This document shows positions 28,421 through 38,399 of a stretch of 45,021 bases of DNA, piece after piece. A program made the position numbers and the translations under genes. Source of the stretch: an uncultured Lachnospiraceae bacterium. GTDB taxonomy: Bacteria; Bacillota; Clostridia; Lachnospirales; Lachnospiraceae. The stretch lies in NCBI GenBank assembly GCA_902795855.1, contig CADBMW010000144.1:1-45021 (forward strand). Reading direction: 5' to 3'. Position 1 is the stretch's first letter, and each line of letters begins with the position of its first letter. Below the pieces are notes generated by a model that was given only the letters and a program-made list of their open reading frames with translations, ran no database searches and was not told where the DNA came from.

Positions 28421-31062
28421 TAGTTTATCTCCGGTTTCATATAACTCATGATTTCATTTCGGGTATTTTTAATATCCGCTTCAAGGGAGGCCGCTGACAT
28501 GATCTTGGAATCCTCCCCTAGAACAAAGAGCTGGATCATATGATCTGAGGTGGCAACAGTTATATCAAAATCCTTTGCATTCAGCCTGGTATATTTTGTA
28601 ATATACTGATCCGCCGTTTCAGCTTCCTTTGTAAATATAACATGAACTCCCATATAATTCATATAGGTTGTAAAATGTCCTTTTACCTTATAAGCATCGA
28701 AAACCACCATAACCTCCGATGCCTTCATGGAAGCATATTCCGACATGATCTCCAGAAGCTTGAATCTGGCCCCTTCCATCTCTTCACTGCTTCCCACAAG
28801 AGACTTCAGCTCATTCCATGCATATATCATATTATATCCATCCACCAAAAGGAAGGGTGGTTTTGCTGCCACAGGCTTAGGTTTATGAGAGCTGCCGGAT
28901 GCTGTGGATGCACCTGCGTATCTGTTCTTTTCAAAATAAACTCTCTTGGTGCGTTTATTATTTCCCTCATTGGAATGAGTTGCATTTCTGAGGATTTCGT
29001 CTACCTCATCTGTTCCCAGAGAGTACCTGCTTTCTTCTTCCCTCTGCTGTCTCTCATGCTGCTTCTTAAGTATCTCCGACTTTCTTTTCAGTTCATCCTC
29101 TTTATCTGATATCTCTCCTCTGAGATAGAAGCCTTCCCGGCTTTCTACATGCATTCTTTCTTCGCAGAGATCCCAAGAAACAACCTCTCCGGCTCCATGA
29201 GAACAGAATACACTGGAGGAAGGATTTCGGGTATCTCTTTCAGCATCATAACCAATCTCTTCCACAGTTTTTTCCTGATCCGGAGAAGGACGGTATTCAT
29301 GATTCAAAAATTCCATATCTCCTTCATCAGATGTGAATTTCACCAGCTCCGCCTGATAATTTCCTATGGCCTTTGCAGGAGCCTTCGCCATAATCCTGGT
29401 CTTTCCTGTCTTCTCTGACAGGCCTTCTATCTCACAGCTTCCGCCCATCTGCTCCACATCCGTAAATATTCTTCCCACGGTTTCGGAGGGTACAGTGAAT
29501 CTTACATTCATATAAGGTTCCAGCAGAACATTTTCCGCCTTCATCAATCCCTGTCTTATGGCTCTTCTTGCAGCCTCCCGGAAATCCTCGGAGTTGGAAT
29601 GCTTTGTATGGGAACGTCCTGCCACAAGAGTAAGTCTCATATCTGTAAGCTCCGATCTTGTGAGAACTCCCCTTGGAAGAAATCTTGCCATGGTAGAGAG
29701 AACTGTTTTCTGAAATTGTATTCCCAGCTCATTTACACTGAGAGCACTTCCGATCTGAATTCCACTGCCTGCCGGAAGGGGTTCCATGAGAATGTGAACC
29801 TCCGAATAATGTCTCAGTGGTTCAAAATGACCGAAGCCCATAACCGGTTCCTTTATGGTTTCCTTATAGATAACTCTGCCCTCAGTAAAGGATACTCTGA
29901 CTCCGAATCTGTCAAAAATCTTTTCAGCCAGTATCTCCAGCTGAAAATCACCCATAACGGATATATATATTCTGTCATCCCCTTCAGTCTCAAGACTGCC
30001 CAGAAGTGGATCCTCCAATGAAAGCTCCTTCAGACTTGGAAGAAAACTTCTGACACTGACATCCGGTGGAAGAACCATTATATATCTGAGGAGCGGACGG
30101 ACCAGCATAGTGGTATCGTCCACTTCAAAGCCCAGTCCTTTTCCAATAAAAGCATCTTCCAGTCCCACGAAGGTTACCACATCTCCTGCGACTGCCTCCT
30201 GAAGACCTATGTAGCTTCCACCGTTATACTGTCTTATCTCCGTAATCTTTTCTTCCCCTATTACATCTCTTACATGAATGCTTCCCCCTGTGATTTTTGC
30301 AAAGGCAAGCTTACGACCGTTTTCATATGTAAGCTTATATATTCTGGCGCCGAAATCCTCCGGATACTTTTTATCCGGCAGATACTGTGTAATAAGTGAG
30401 AGCAGCTTATCTGCCCCTATATTTTTCAGCGCCGATCCGAAGATCACCGGATGGAATTTACCCTTTTCAATAAGAGCGCATATCTCACCATCCTCTATCT
30501 CTCCGGTTTCGAAATACTTCTCAATCAGGCTTTCCGTGATGCCGGCAACATATTCTGTATCAAATGGTATGCCATCTGCATAAATCCCCAGATCATCTCT
30601 TATAGATTCCAGAATCTCCTCTTCAATCTTTACACTGAGGTCCATTTTGTTTACATAGATCATGTAGGGAACTCTGTAATGCTTCATAAGGTCCACAAGT
30701 CTTCTGGTGGAGCCTGTCACACCGTCCGTGGCGCTGATAACAAGAATTGCCATATCAAGAACAGATATAGCCCTCTCAGTTTCGCCTACAAAGTCAGTAT
30801 GTCCCGGTGTATCGATTATATTTATCTCCACATCCGACTTTGACCTGTTAAGCTCATTATCCTGGGAAAGCTTTATCTGGGCCTGTTTGGAAATGATGGT
30901 CACACCACGCTGTTTCTCGAGACTCTCCGTATCAAGAAATGCATCGCCATGATCCACTCTTCCTGCATCTCTTATTACACCTGCCTTAAGCAGCATGCTT
31001 TCTGTAAGTGTTGTTTTACCTGCATCAACATGAGCAAGTATTCCGATGGTAATCTTTTTCAT
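28420..31062 (-). CDS. TetM/EF-G-like translational GTPase fused to a C-terminal YacP/Rae1-type NYN RNase domain
   Basis: G1 AHVDAGKTT, G2 RGVTI, G3 DTPGH, G4 NKMD, G5 GSALK; EF-G domain IV/V motifs (YKETI, LLEPY). NYN motifs LLVDGYNMI, VVFDAY, ETADQYI, VATSD. Confidence 0.88.
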   Translation of the reverse strand: MKKITIGILAHVDAGKTTLTESMLLKAGVIRDAGRVDHGDAFLDTESLEKQRGVTIISKQAQIKLSQDNELNRSKSDVEINIIDTPGHTDFVGETERAISVLDMAILVISATDGVTGSTRRLVDLMKHYRVPYMIYVNKMDLSVKIEEEILESIRDDLGIYADGIPFDTEYVAGITESLIEKYFETGEIEDGEICALIEKGKFHPVIFGSALKNIGADKLLSLITQYLPDKKYPEDFGARIYKLTYENGRKLAFAKITGGSIHVRDVIGEEKITEIRQYNGGSYIGLQEAVAGDVVTFVGLEDAFIGKGLGFEVDDTTMLVRPLLRYIMVLPPDVSVRSFLPSLKELSLEDPLLGSLETEGDDRIYISVMGDFQLEILAEKIFDRFGVRVSFTEGRVIYKETIKEPVMGFGHFEPLRHYSEVHILMEPLPAGSGIQIGSALSVNELGIQFQKTVLSTMARFLPRGVLTRSELTDMRLTLVAGRSHTKHSNSEDFREAARRAIRQGLMKAENVLLEPYMNVRFTVPSETVGRIFTDVEQMGGSCEIEGLSEKTGKTRIMAKAPAKAIGNYQAELVKFTSDEGDMEFLNHEYRPSPDQEKTVEEIGYDAERDTRNPSSSVFCSHGAGEVVSWDLCEERMHVESREGFYLRGEISDKEDELKRKSEILKKQHERQQREEESRYSLGTDEVDEILRNATHSNEGNNKRTKRVYFEKNRYAGASTASGSSHKPKPVAAKPPFLLVDGYNMIYAWNELKSLVGSSEEMEGARFKLLEIMSEYASMKASEVMVVFDAYKVKGHFTTYMNYMGVHVIFTKEAETADQYITKYTRLNAKDFDITVATSDHMIQLFVLGEDSKIMSAASLEADIKNTRNEIMSYMKPEIN

Positions 31063-31076
31063 ATCTTCATTCTTCT

Positions 31077-31106
31077 AAAAATCCGACCGCTTAAACGGTC
31101 GGATTT
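31077..31106 (-). terminator. Intrinsic terminator-like hairpin after lysC
   Basis: AAATCCGACCG-tttaag-CGGTCGGATTTTT on the minus strand. Confidence 0.75.
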
Positions 31107-31113
31107 ATAATTT

Positions 31114-32316
31114 TTATTCATTTCCAAGATTGAATTTGTCATGAATAGCATTCATGGCGCGTTCTGTATTCTTCTCATTTATAAGAACTGTTACTCTTAT
31201 CTCTGATGTAGATATCATACGGATGTTAATGTTTGCATCATAAAGTGCTTCAAACATCTTTGCAGCTACACCTGCATTTGTCTGCATTCCTGCTCCGACT
31301 ATGGAAACCTTTGCAACATCCTTATCTACGTCAATGGATTCGAATTCCATCAGGTCTTCGATGATCTGCTTTGCAAGATCTGCATCATCATCTGTACATG
31401 TAAATGATATATCCTTCTTTCCATGACGACCTATTGACTGAAGTATCATATCTATATTTATATTCTGCTTTGCAAGAGCATTGAAAAGCTTGAATGCTAC
31501 TCCTGGCTCATCCTTAAGACCGATAACCGCAACTCTTGCAGCATCCTGATCAGCGGCAACTCCGCTTACTATCATTTTCTCCATCTTACTTCCCTCCCTT
31601 ACGACGGTTCCTTCATTTGTATTCAGACTTGAACGTACTACAAGACGTACTCCATATTTCTTGGCAAGCTCTACAGAACGGTTGTGAAGAACTCCCGCTC
31701 CTAAGGTTGCAAGCTCAAGCATTTCGTCATAGGTTACCTGATCCAGCTTTCTGGCACCGGGAACCTTTCTCGGATCTGCTGTGTATACGCCATCCACGTC
31801 AGTATAAATTTCACATTTATCTGCATGAAGTGCAGCTGCTATGGCAACTGCTGTTGTATCTGAACCGCCACGTCCAAGAGTTGTATAATCATCAAATTTA
31901 TTTACACCCTGGAAACCGGTTACAATTACGATCTTATGCTGCTCCAGTTCATTTCTGATTCTCTCTGTATCAATTCTCTTGATACGTGCATTGCTGTAAA
32001 CGCTGCTGGTATGCATAGCCACCTGGTATGCATTGAGTGATACTGCCGGTACGCCCAGGCTTGCCATAGCCATAGACATTAATGCAACTGACTGCTGCTC
32101 ACCGGTTGTAAGGATCATATCCATCTCACGCTTAGGTGGATTTGGATTAATCTCCTTTGCCATGTCTATCAGCACATCTGTGTATTTTCCCATAGCTGAC
32201 AGCACGACTACTACATCATTTCCTTTTTTGTAATCTTCGATGCATCGATTGGCAACATTGAATATACGATCCTTATTGCCTACTGAGGTTCCACCGAACT
32301 TCTTAACGATTAACAT
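31114..32316 (-). CDS. lysC: Aspartate kinase (AKII-type, two ACT domains)
   Basis: VKKFGGTSVG, TTLGRGGSDTTA, YTDVDGVYTADPR, ACT motifs DEPGVA and STSEI. Confidence 0.93.
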   Translation of the reverse strand: MLIVKKFGGTSVGNKDRIFNVANRCIEDYKKGNDVVVVLSAMGKYTDVLIDMAKEINPNPPKREMDMILTTGEQQSVALMSMAMASLGVPAVSLNAYQVAMHTSSVYSNARIKRIDTERIRNELEQHKIVIVTGFQGVNKFDDYTTLGRGGSDTTAVAIAAALHADKCEIYTDVDGVYTADPRKVPGARKLDQVTYDEMLELATLGAGVLHNRSVELAKKYGVRLVVRSSLNTNEGTVVREGSKMEKMIVSGVAADQDAARVAVIGLKDEPGVAFKLFNALAKQNINIDMILQSIGRHGKKDISFTCTDDDADLAKQIIEDLMEFESIDVDKDVAKVSIVGAGMQTNAGVAAKMFEALYDANINIRMISTSEIRVTVLINEKNTERAMNAIHDKFNLGNE

Positions 32317-32369
32317 AGGTTTTACTCCTGTATATTTATTTCCCCCGCTGACTTTTACATTATAAATGC

Positions 32370-33578
32370 TTATTTGCTCACACGAATGCGGCTTACCACA
32401 TCGAAGCCTTCTGCAGCTTCATTATATTCAGAGCCTGAAAGCACCTCTGTAATAAATGCGGTTTCATTCAGCGAACTGTCACCCTCTATGAACTGTACCT
32501 TACCAAATTTTTCTCTGACCTTATCTTCAAGGCCGGTTCCCTTAACTCTTACGAAGTAAGGAGTTGTAAATGCATCAGCACTTCCGATAAGTCTCTTCTC
32601 ACTGCTCCAGAGTATCTTAGCTGTTTCGCCCTTTCTCTTAACGGCATCCACTACATCTGATACTACTGCACTGGCTGTTGGAAGTGAGCCTGCTCCCTTT
32701 CCGTAGAACATTACATCACCCAGCATATCACCCTTTACAAGAATGGCATTGAACACATCCTTTACTGAATAGAGTGGATTGTCCGGATAGATTACGAATG
32801 GAGCAACCATGGAATATGTTATTCCTACGGCCTTGCGGGCAATTCCGAGAAGCTTGATAGATGCACCTATCTTCTTCATATAATCAAAATCAACTGTTGT
32901 GATCCTGGTTATTCCTTCTGTATATATATCCTCAAAATCAACCTGCTTTTCATAAGCAAGTGAAGTAAGAATAGCTATCTTACGACAAGCGTCATATCCC
33001 TCTACATCAGCTTCGGGATTTCTTTCAGCATAACCCTTGTCCTGAGCATCCTTAAGAACTGTATCGAAATCAGCACCCTCATCCTCCATCTTAGTGAGAA
33101 TGTAATTTGTAGTGCCGTTCATAATACCCTGTATCTCTTCTATATGATCAACTGTAAGGCATTCTGTAAGAGGACGGATTATAGGTATTCCGCCACCTAC
33201 GGAAGCTTCAAAGAAGAAATTGACATTATTTGCAGCTGCTATCTCAAGAAGCTCAGCACCATGTTTTGCCACCAGCTCCTTGTTTGAAGTACATGCGCTT
33301 TTTCCGGTATCGAGAGCTCTCTTTACAAATGTATATGCAGGCTCAATACCACCCATTACTTCTACAACAAGATCAACCTCTTCATCCTCCATGATAACAT
33401 TTACATCATGAACCAGCACCTCTTCTACAGGATCTCCAGGGAAATCCCTCAGGTCCAGAACATATTTTACTCTGACCTCTTCTCCTGCACGACGAGAGAT
33501 GTGGGAATTGTTGTCTTTTAATATCTTAAATACACCTGAACCCACTGTTCCGTATCCGAGAATTGCAACATTTACCAT
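32370..33578 (-). CDS. hom: Homoserine dehydrogenase
   Basis: GYGTVGSG, FEASVGGGIP, NGTTNYIL, GYAERNPEADVEG, GAGSLPTASAV. Confidence 0.95.
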   Translation of the reverse strand: MVNVAILGYGTVGSGVFKILKDNNSHISRRAGEEVRVKYVLDLRDFPGDPVEEVLVHDVNVIMEDEEVDLVVEVMGGIEPAYTFVKRALDTGKSACTSNKELVAKHGAELLEIAAANNVNFFFEASVGGGIPIIRPLTECLTVDHIEEIQGIMNGTTNYILTKMEDEGADFDTVLKDAQDKGYAERNPEADVEGYDACRKIAILTSLAYEKQVDFEDIYTEGITRITTVDFDYMKKIGASIKLLGIARKAVGITYSMVAPFVIYPDNPLYSVKDVFNAILVKGDMLGDVMFYGKGAGSLPTASAVVSDVVDAVKRKGETAKILWSSEKRLIGSADAFTTPYFVRVKGTGLEDKVREKFGKVQFIEGDSSLNETAFITEVLSGSEYNEAAEGFDVVSRIRVSK

Positions 33579-33601
33579 ATCTATACCTCTGTATTCTATC
33601 T

Positions 33602-34718
33602 TTACTCATTTTGTCCCATGGCCTGCCATGACAGATATGCATTTATAAATCCGTCTATGTCGCCATCGAGAACTCTTCCCGCATCTCCTGCTTCATAGGA
33701 TGTTCTTAAATCCTTTACCATGGTATATGGCTGAAGCACATATGAACGAATCTGACTTCCGAATCCATTCTCTCCGGTATCTCCACGGATTCCGGAAAGC
33801 TGTTCATCCTGCTTTGCTTTTTCTATCAGATAAAGCTTTGCCTTCAGCATCTTCATAGCCTGATCCTTATTCTGATGCTGTGAACGCTCATTCTGGCACT
33901 GTACCACTATTCCTGTAGGAAGGTGGGTGATACGGATTGCCGAGGAAGTCTTATTTATATGCTGACCTCCCGCACCACTTGCACGGTAGGTATCTATTCT
34001 GAGATCATCATCACTAATCTCTATATCAATGGCATCATCAATGACCGGCATAATATCCACTGAACAGAAGGATGTCTGTCTTTTTCCCGCTGCATTAAAT
34101 GGTGATATTCTTACAAGTCTGTGAACGCCATGTTCAGATTTCAGATAACCATAGGCATGATAGCCCTCAACCTGAAATGTTACGGATTTGATACCGGCTT
34201 CTTCACCATCCAGAAGATCAAGGACAGTAACCTTAAACTTATGCTTATCTGCCCACCTCTGATACATGCGGTAAAGCATGCTTACCCAGTCACAGGCCTC
34301 AGTTCCGCCTGCACCGGCATGAATAGTGACAGTTGCATCATTCGTATCAAATTCGCCGGAAAGAAGGGTTTCAATTCTGAAGGCTTCAAAGCTCTTCTTG
34401 AAACCATCTAAAAGCTCACCGGTTTCCTGAATCAATGCTTCATCATTTTCTTCTTCAGCCATTTCTATCATGGTCTCGATATCATCATAAGCCGTCTGCA
34501 TTTCATCATAGCTTTCAATGGTATTTTTAAGACCCTTCAGCTCCTTCATAATCTGTCCTGATTTCTCTATATCATCCCAGAAATCCGGAGCCTCCATATC
34601 TGACTGAAGCTCTGCTATTCGCTTTTGTTTACCGGCGATGTCAAAGTGAATCCCTCACTTCCGCCAGCGGTGTCTTGTACTTTGCGAGTTCTAGCTTGTA
34701 CTCGTCAAGTTCCAGCAC
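33602..34718 (-). CDS. prfB: Peptide chain release factor 2, expressed via programmed +1 frameshift (about 371 aa)
   Basis: GTG start at 34718 after AAAGGTGG. 25 codons (MLELDEYK...VRDSL) end at CTT TGA C (34646-34640), preceded by an AGGG internal SD-like sequence. The +1 frame joins the ORF containing SPF and GGQ. Confidence 0.95.
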
Positions 34719-34759
34719 ACTACCACCACCTTTCTAAAACAGATTAAATCAATAGCTTA

Positions 34760-34868
34760 ACGCTGCCTGCTTCACCTTGCCCCAAGGCAAGCTGAACCCG
34801 CAGCTTGCTACGGACAAGTGACTTTGTCACTTGTCCTAATGCGCGTGATTTGCAAGCAAATCACGCTC
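34760..34868. repeat. 109-bp triple-hairpin REP-like element overlapping the secA stop codon
   Basis: Three hairpins: GCTGC..CTTGCC-ccaa-GGCAAG..GCAGC, GGACAAGTGAC-ttt-GTCACTTGTCC and GCGTGATTTGC-aa-GCAAATCACGC. Flanked by TA on both sides. Only one copy in the window, so repeat status is inferred. Confidence 0.55.
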
Positions 34869-37563
34869 TACCGCAACAATTCTTGTACTTCTGGCCGGAG
34901 CCGCATGGGCATGGATCGTTACGTCCGATCTTCTTTGCCTTTCTTCTTGTAGGCTCCTTCTTAAGTGTCTCGTCTTTGTTTGTTCCTGTTTCCTTAGCTA
35001 CCTGCTCACGCTTAACCTCTTCCTTAGGTTTAAGCTTGATATGGAACATGATTCTGGCTGTCTCTTCCTTTATGGAAGCGATCATATCATTGAACATGTC
35101 ATATCCGGCAAGCTTGTACTCAACTACAGGATCTCTGTTACCATATCCCTGTAATCCGATTCCCTGACGAAGCTGTTCCATATCGTCGATGTTGTCCATC
35201 CACTTACGGTCAACAGTTTTCAGAATCATTACACGCTCTATCTCACTAAGCTGTTCTTCGCTTTCGAATTCTTCTTTGCAACGAGCTTCGTACATTTCCA
35301 GGGCTTCTTCCTGAAGTCTTTCCTTCAGTGCTTCTACATTGCCCTTGTTCAGCTCATCTTCCGTAAGTTCTATTTTCTCAAATGGAACTATCGGATCAAG
35401 CATGGCATTCAGTTCAGCCATATCCCATTCTGATGGATCAGCCTCACCTGATGCTATCTTTGAAACATAATATCCTACTGTGTCAGAGATCATTTCACGA
35501 ACTGTTTCGTGCATGTTTTCTCCGTCCAGAACCTTACGTCTTTCAGCATATATAACTTCACGCTGTTCATTATTTACCTGGTCATATTCCAGAAGGTCTT
35601 TTCTGATACCGAAGTTGTTGGACTCGATCTTCTTCTGAGCACGCTCAACGAACTTTGTGATGGATTTATGCTCTATCTCCTCACCCTCAGGAATTCTGAG
35701 AGTATCATAAATACCCATAACTCTTTCAGAACCGAAAAGTCTCATAAGATCATCTTCCAGTGAAAGATAGAATTTGGATTCTCCCGGATCTCCCTGACGT
35801 CCTGAACGTCCACGGAGCTGATTATCGATACGACGTGATTCGTGACGCTCTGTACCTATAACCTTAAGTCCACCGGCCTGTCTTACTACTTCTGCTTCCT
35901 TATCAACTATTTCCTGTGCTTCCTTCTCTGCATCAGCAAGCTGTTCAGGTGTTGCCTGTTCAAGCTTTATATGATGAGTCCTCAGAATATCAGGAATCAT
36001 ATGTTTAACATTTCCGCCAAGAGTGATATCGGTACCACGTCCTGCCATGTTAGTAGCTATAGTAACTGCTCCTGCACGTCCTGCCTGAGCTACGATCTCA
36101 GCTTCCTGCTCATGATACTTGGCATTAAGTACGTTGTGAGGAACTCCCCTCTTCTTAAGCAGCTTACTGATTTCTTCTGATGAATCGATATTTACTGTAC
36201 CAACCAGAACAGGCTGCTTTCTCTCATGAGCTTCAGCAACTGCCTCGATGATGGCACCTAATTTTTCCTTTTTGGTCTTGAAAATGGAATCATCCAGATC
36301 CTTACGTGCTATAGGTTTATTTGTAGGCACTACAACAACGTCCATTCCGTAAATCTCACGGAACTCGATTTCCTCTGTCTGTGCAGTACCGGTCATTCCT
36401 GCCTTCTTATCATATTTATTGAAGAAGTTCTGGAATGTAATAGTAGCAAGAGTCTTACTCTCTCTCTTAACCTTAACATTTTCCTTTGCCTCAATAGCCT
36501 GGTGAAGTCCTTCATTGAAACGACGTCCCGGCATGATACGTCCGGTAAACTCATCTACGATAAGTACCTCATCATCCTTTACTACGTAATCCTGATCTCT
36601 GTGCATAAGCGCATGAGCCTTGATAGCCTGAAGCATTGTATGATGTATTTCTATATTTGCAGGATCTGTAAGATTCTCAATATGGAAGAATTGCTCAATT
36701 TCCTTAACACCCTGCTCGGTGAATACGATGAACTTATCCTTTTCATTTACAAGGTAATCTCCATCTTCCTCAATCTCCGCTCCCATGATGGCATCCATCT
36801 TGCTTATCTCTGTAGATGCTGTACCTCTCTGCATACGTCTTGCAAGGTAATCACACATCTTATAGATCTCAGTGGATTTACCACTCTGACCGGAAATGAT
36901 AAGAGGTGTTCTGGCCTCATCTATAAGGATGGAGTCGATCTCATCGATGATGGCATAATGGAGACCTCTCTGAACCAGACTCTCCTTATATACTGCCATG
37001 TTATCACGCAGATAATCGAAACCAAGCTCATTGTTAGTAATATATGTAATATCGGCATTATATGCTTCCTGTCTTTCCTCTGTAGTGAAGTCATGCATTA
37101 TAGCACTTACAGTAAGTCCCAGGAATCTATGCACATTACCCATCCACTCAGCATCACGGTTAGCCAGGTAATCGTTAACTGTTACGATATGAACTCCCTT
37201 TCCTTCAAGGGCATTCAGATATGCCGGCATGGTAGACACAAGGGTTTTACCTTCACCTGTACGCATCTCTGCCAGACGTCCCTGATGAAGGATGATACCA
37301 CCCATTATCTGAACAGGGAACGGCTTAAGGCCTATGGCACGGTATGCCGCTTCTCTTACAGTAGCAAATGCATCCACGAGAATGTCATCCAGAGTTTCTC
37401 CATCTGCCAGACGCTGTTTGAAAACATCTGTTCTGGCTCTGAGCTCTTCATCAGAGAGAGCCTGCATCTCCTCGTCAAGTGCAAGTATCTTATCTACAAG
37501 AGGTTTTATTTTTTTCAGCTCTCGGTCACTGTGTGTACCGAATAGTTTGTCAGTAAGTGACAT
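34861..37563 (-). CDS. secA: Preprotein translocase ATPase SecA
   Basis: EMRTGEGKTL, IDEIDSILIDEARTPLIISG, ATNMAGRGTDI, QLRGRSGRQGDPG, C-terminal GRNDPCPCGSG..YKNCC. Confidence 0.98.
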   Translation of the reverse strand: MSLTDKLFGTHSDRELKKIKPLVDKILALDEEMQALSDEELRARTDVFKQRLADGETLDDILVDAFATVREAAYRAIGLKPFPVQIMGGIILHQGRLAEMRTGEGKTLVSTMPAYLNALEGKGVHIVTVNDYLANRDAEWMGNVHRFLGLTVSAIMHDFTTEERQEAYNADITYITNNELGFDYLRDNMAVYKESLVQRGLHYAIIDEIDSILIDEARTPLIISGQSGKSTEIYKMCDYLARRMQRGTASTEISKMDAIMGAEIEEDGDYLVNEKDKFIVFTEQGVKEIEQFFHIENLTDPANIEIHHTMLQAIKAHALMHRDQDYVVKDDEVLIVDEFTGRIMPGRRFNEGLHQAIEAKENVKVKRESKTLATITFQNFFNKYDKKAGMTGTAQTEEIEFREIYGMDVVVVPTNKPIARKDLDDSIFKTKKEKLGAIIEAVAEAHERKQPVLVGTVNIDSSEEISKLLKKRGVPHNVLNAKYHEQEAEIVAQAGRAGAVTIATNMAGRGTDITLGGNVKHMIPDILRTHHIKLEQATPEQLADAEKEAQEIVDKEAEVVRQAGGLKVIGTERHESRRIDNQLRGRSGRQGDPGESKFYLSLEDDLMRLFGSERVMGIYDTLRIPEGEEIEHKSITKFVERAQKKIESNNFGIRKDLLEYDQVNNEQREVIYAERRKVLDGENMHETVREMISDTVGYYVSKIASGEADPSEWDMAELNAMLDPIVPFEKIELTEDELNKGNVEALKERLQEEALEMYEARCKEEFESEEQLSEIERVMILKTVDRKWMDNIDDMEQLRQGIGLQGYGNRDPVVEYKLAGYDMFNDMIASIKEETARIMFHIKLKPKEEVKREQVAKETGTNKDETLKKEPTRRKAKKIGRNDPCPCGSGQKYKNCCGRA

Positions 37564-37617
37564 TTTATTTCCTCCAAATTTAATTTTAGATACAGTTTTC
37601 CATTAAAACATCTACAT

Positions 37618-37646
37618 ATAATAACACTTAGCGCCAGTTATGGCAA
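37618..37646 (-). promoter_or_regulatory. sigma-A promoter for secA-prfB
   Basis: TTGCCA (37646-37641), 17 bp, TATTAT (37623-37618) with an extended TGn. Confidence 0.75.
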
Positions 37647-37647
37647 G

Positions 37648-37676
37648 AAAAAAGAGTGCCGCAGGCGACACTCTTT
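37648..37676 (-). terminator. Rho-independent terminator of hpf
   Basis: AAAGAGTGTCGC-ct-GCGGCACTCTTTTTT. Confidence 0.85.
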
Positions 37677-37700
37677 CTCATTTATGTAATTTTCAGAATC

Positions 37701-38231
37701 TTAATACTCAGGCTCGATTAATCCGTATGTATTGCCTTTTCTCTTATAAACTACGTTTACTTCATCTGTCTCAGCACTTCTGAACATGTAGAAGCTGTGA
37801 CCCAGAAGCTCCATCTGTACGCATGCATCTTCAGGATACATAGGCTTAACAGGGAATCTCTTACTTCTGATGATCTGAATCTCATCATCATTATCAATAT
37901 CCTCTTCCTCAAGGAATCTATCCTGGAAGTATGCAGCATCCTGATTCTGATCAATGATCTTCTTCTTATATCTTACTACCTGACGCTCTATTGTTTCAGC
38001 TACCATATCGATTGAAACATACATATCATCACTTACCTGCTCGGCTCTAACGATATGTCCCTTCATAGGAATAGTAACCTCTATTTTCTGTCTATCTTTC
38101 TCAACTGAAAGAGTAATGTTTGCATTTGCATCCTCAGCAAAAAACTTTTCTAACCTCCCTAACTTATCATATACGGCCTGCTTAAGACCTTCCGTAAGAT
38201 CAATGTTTTTTCCCGCAATATTATAGTTCAT
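37701..38231 (-). CDS. hpf: Ribosome hibernation promoting factor (long HPF)
   Basis: GKNIDLT..LK, DMYVSID...IERQ, KPMYPEDA..QMELLGHSFY, VVYKRK..YGLIEP. AAGGAG RBS. Confidence 0.95.
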   Translation of the reverse strand: MNYNIAGKNIDLTEGLKQAVYDKLGRLEKFFAEDANANITLSVEKDRQKIEVTIPMKGHIVRAEQVSDDMYVSIDMVAETIERQVVRYKKKIIDQNQDAAYFQDRFLEEEDIDNDDEIQIIRSKRFPVKPMYPEDACVQMELLGHSFYMFRSAETDEVNVVYKRKGNTYGLIEPEY

Positions 38232-38399
38232 AGTCTTATTCTCCTTCTCGCTAGTATTAACACATCGTAGAACTAATAATGTGTTAAATCGATTATAACA
38301 TATCTAAGGTCTTATTCATAGACAAAAACTTTGTGAGAAATAACGAAATTTATTCTCAATTTTGATTGATTTGATATCTGATTATGTATACTCAATTTC

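Noticed and set aside
28420-31062. Bona fide tetracycline resistance gene (tetM/tetO/tetW)
   Set aside because: It is 880 aa with a NYN fusion, sits in a housekeeping context, and has no mobile-element genes nearby. Family resemblance alone does not support resistance.
36502-37545. 347-aa plus-strand ORF
   Set aside because: Antisense shadow of secA with no recognisable motifs. The same applies to the many other short antisense or nested ORFs in the track.
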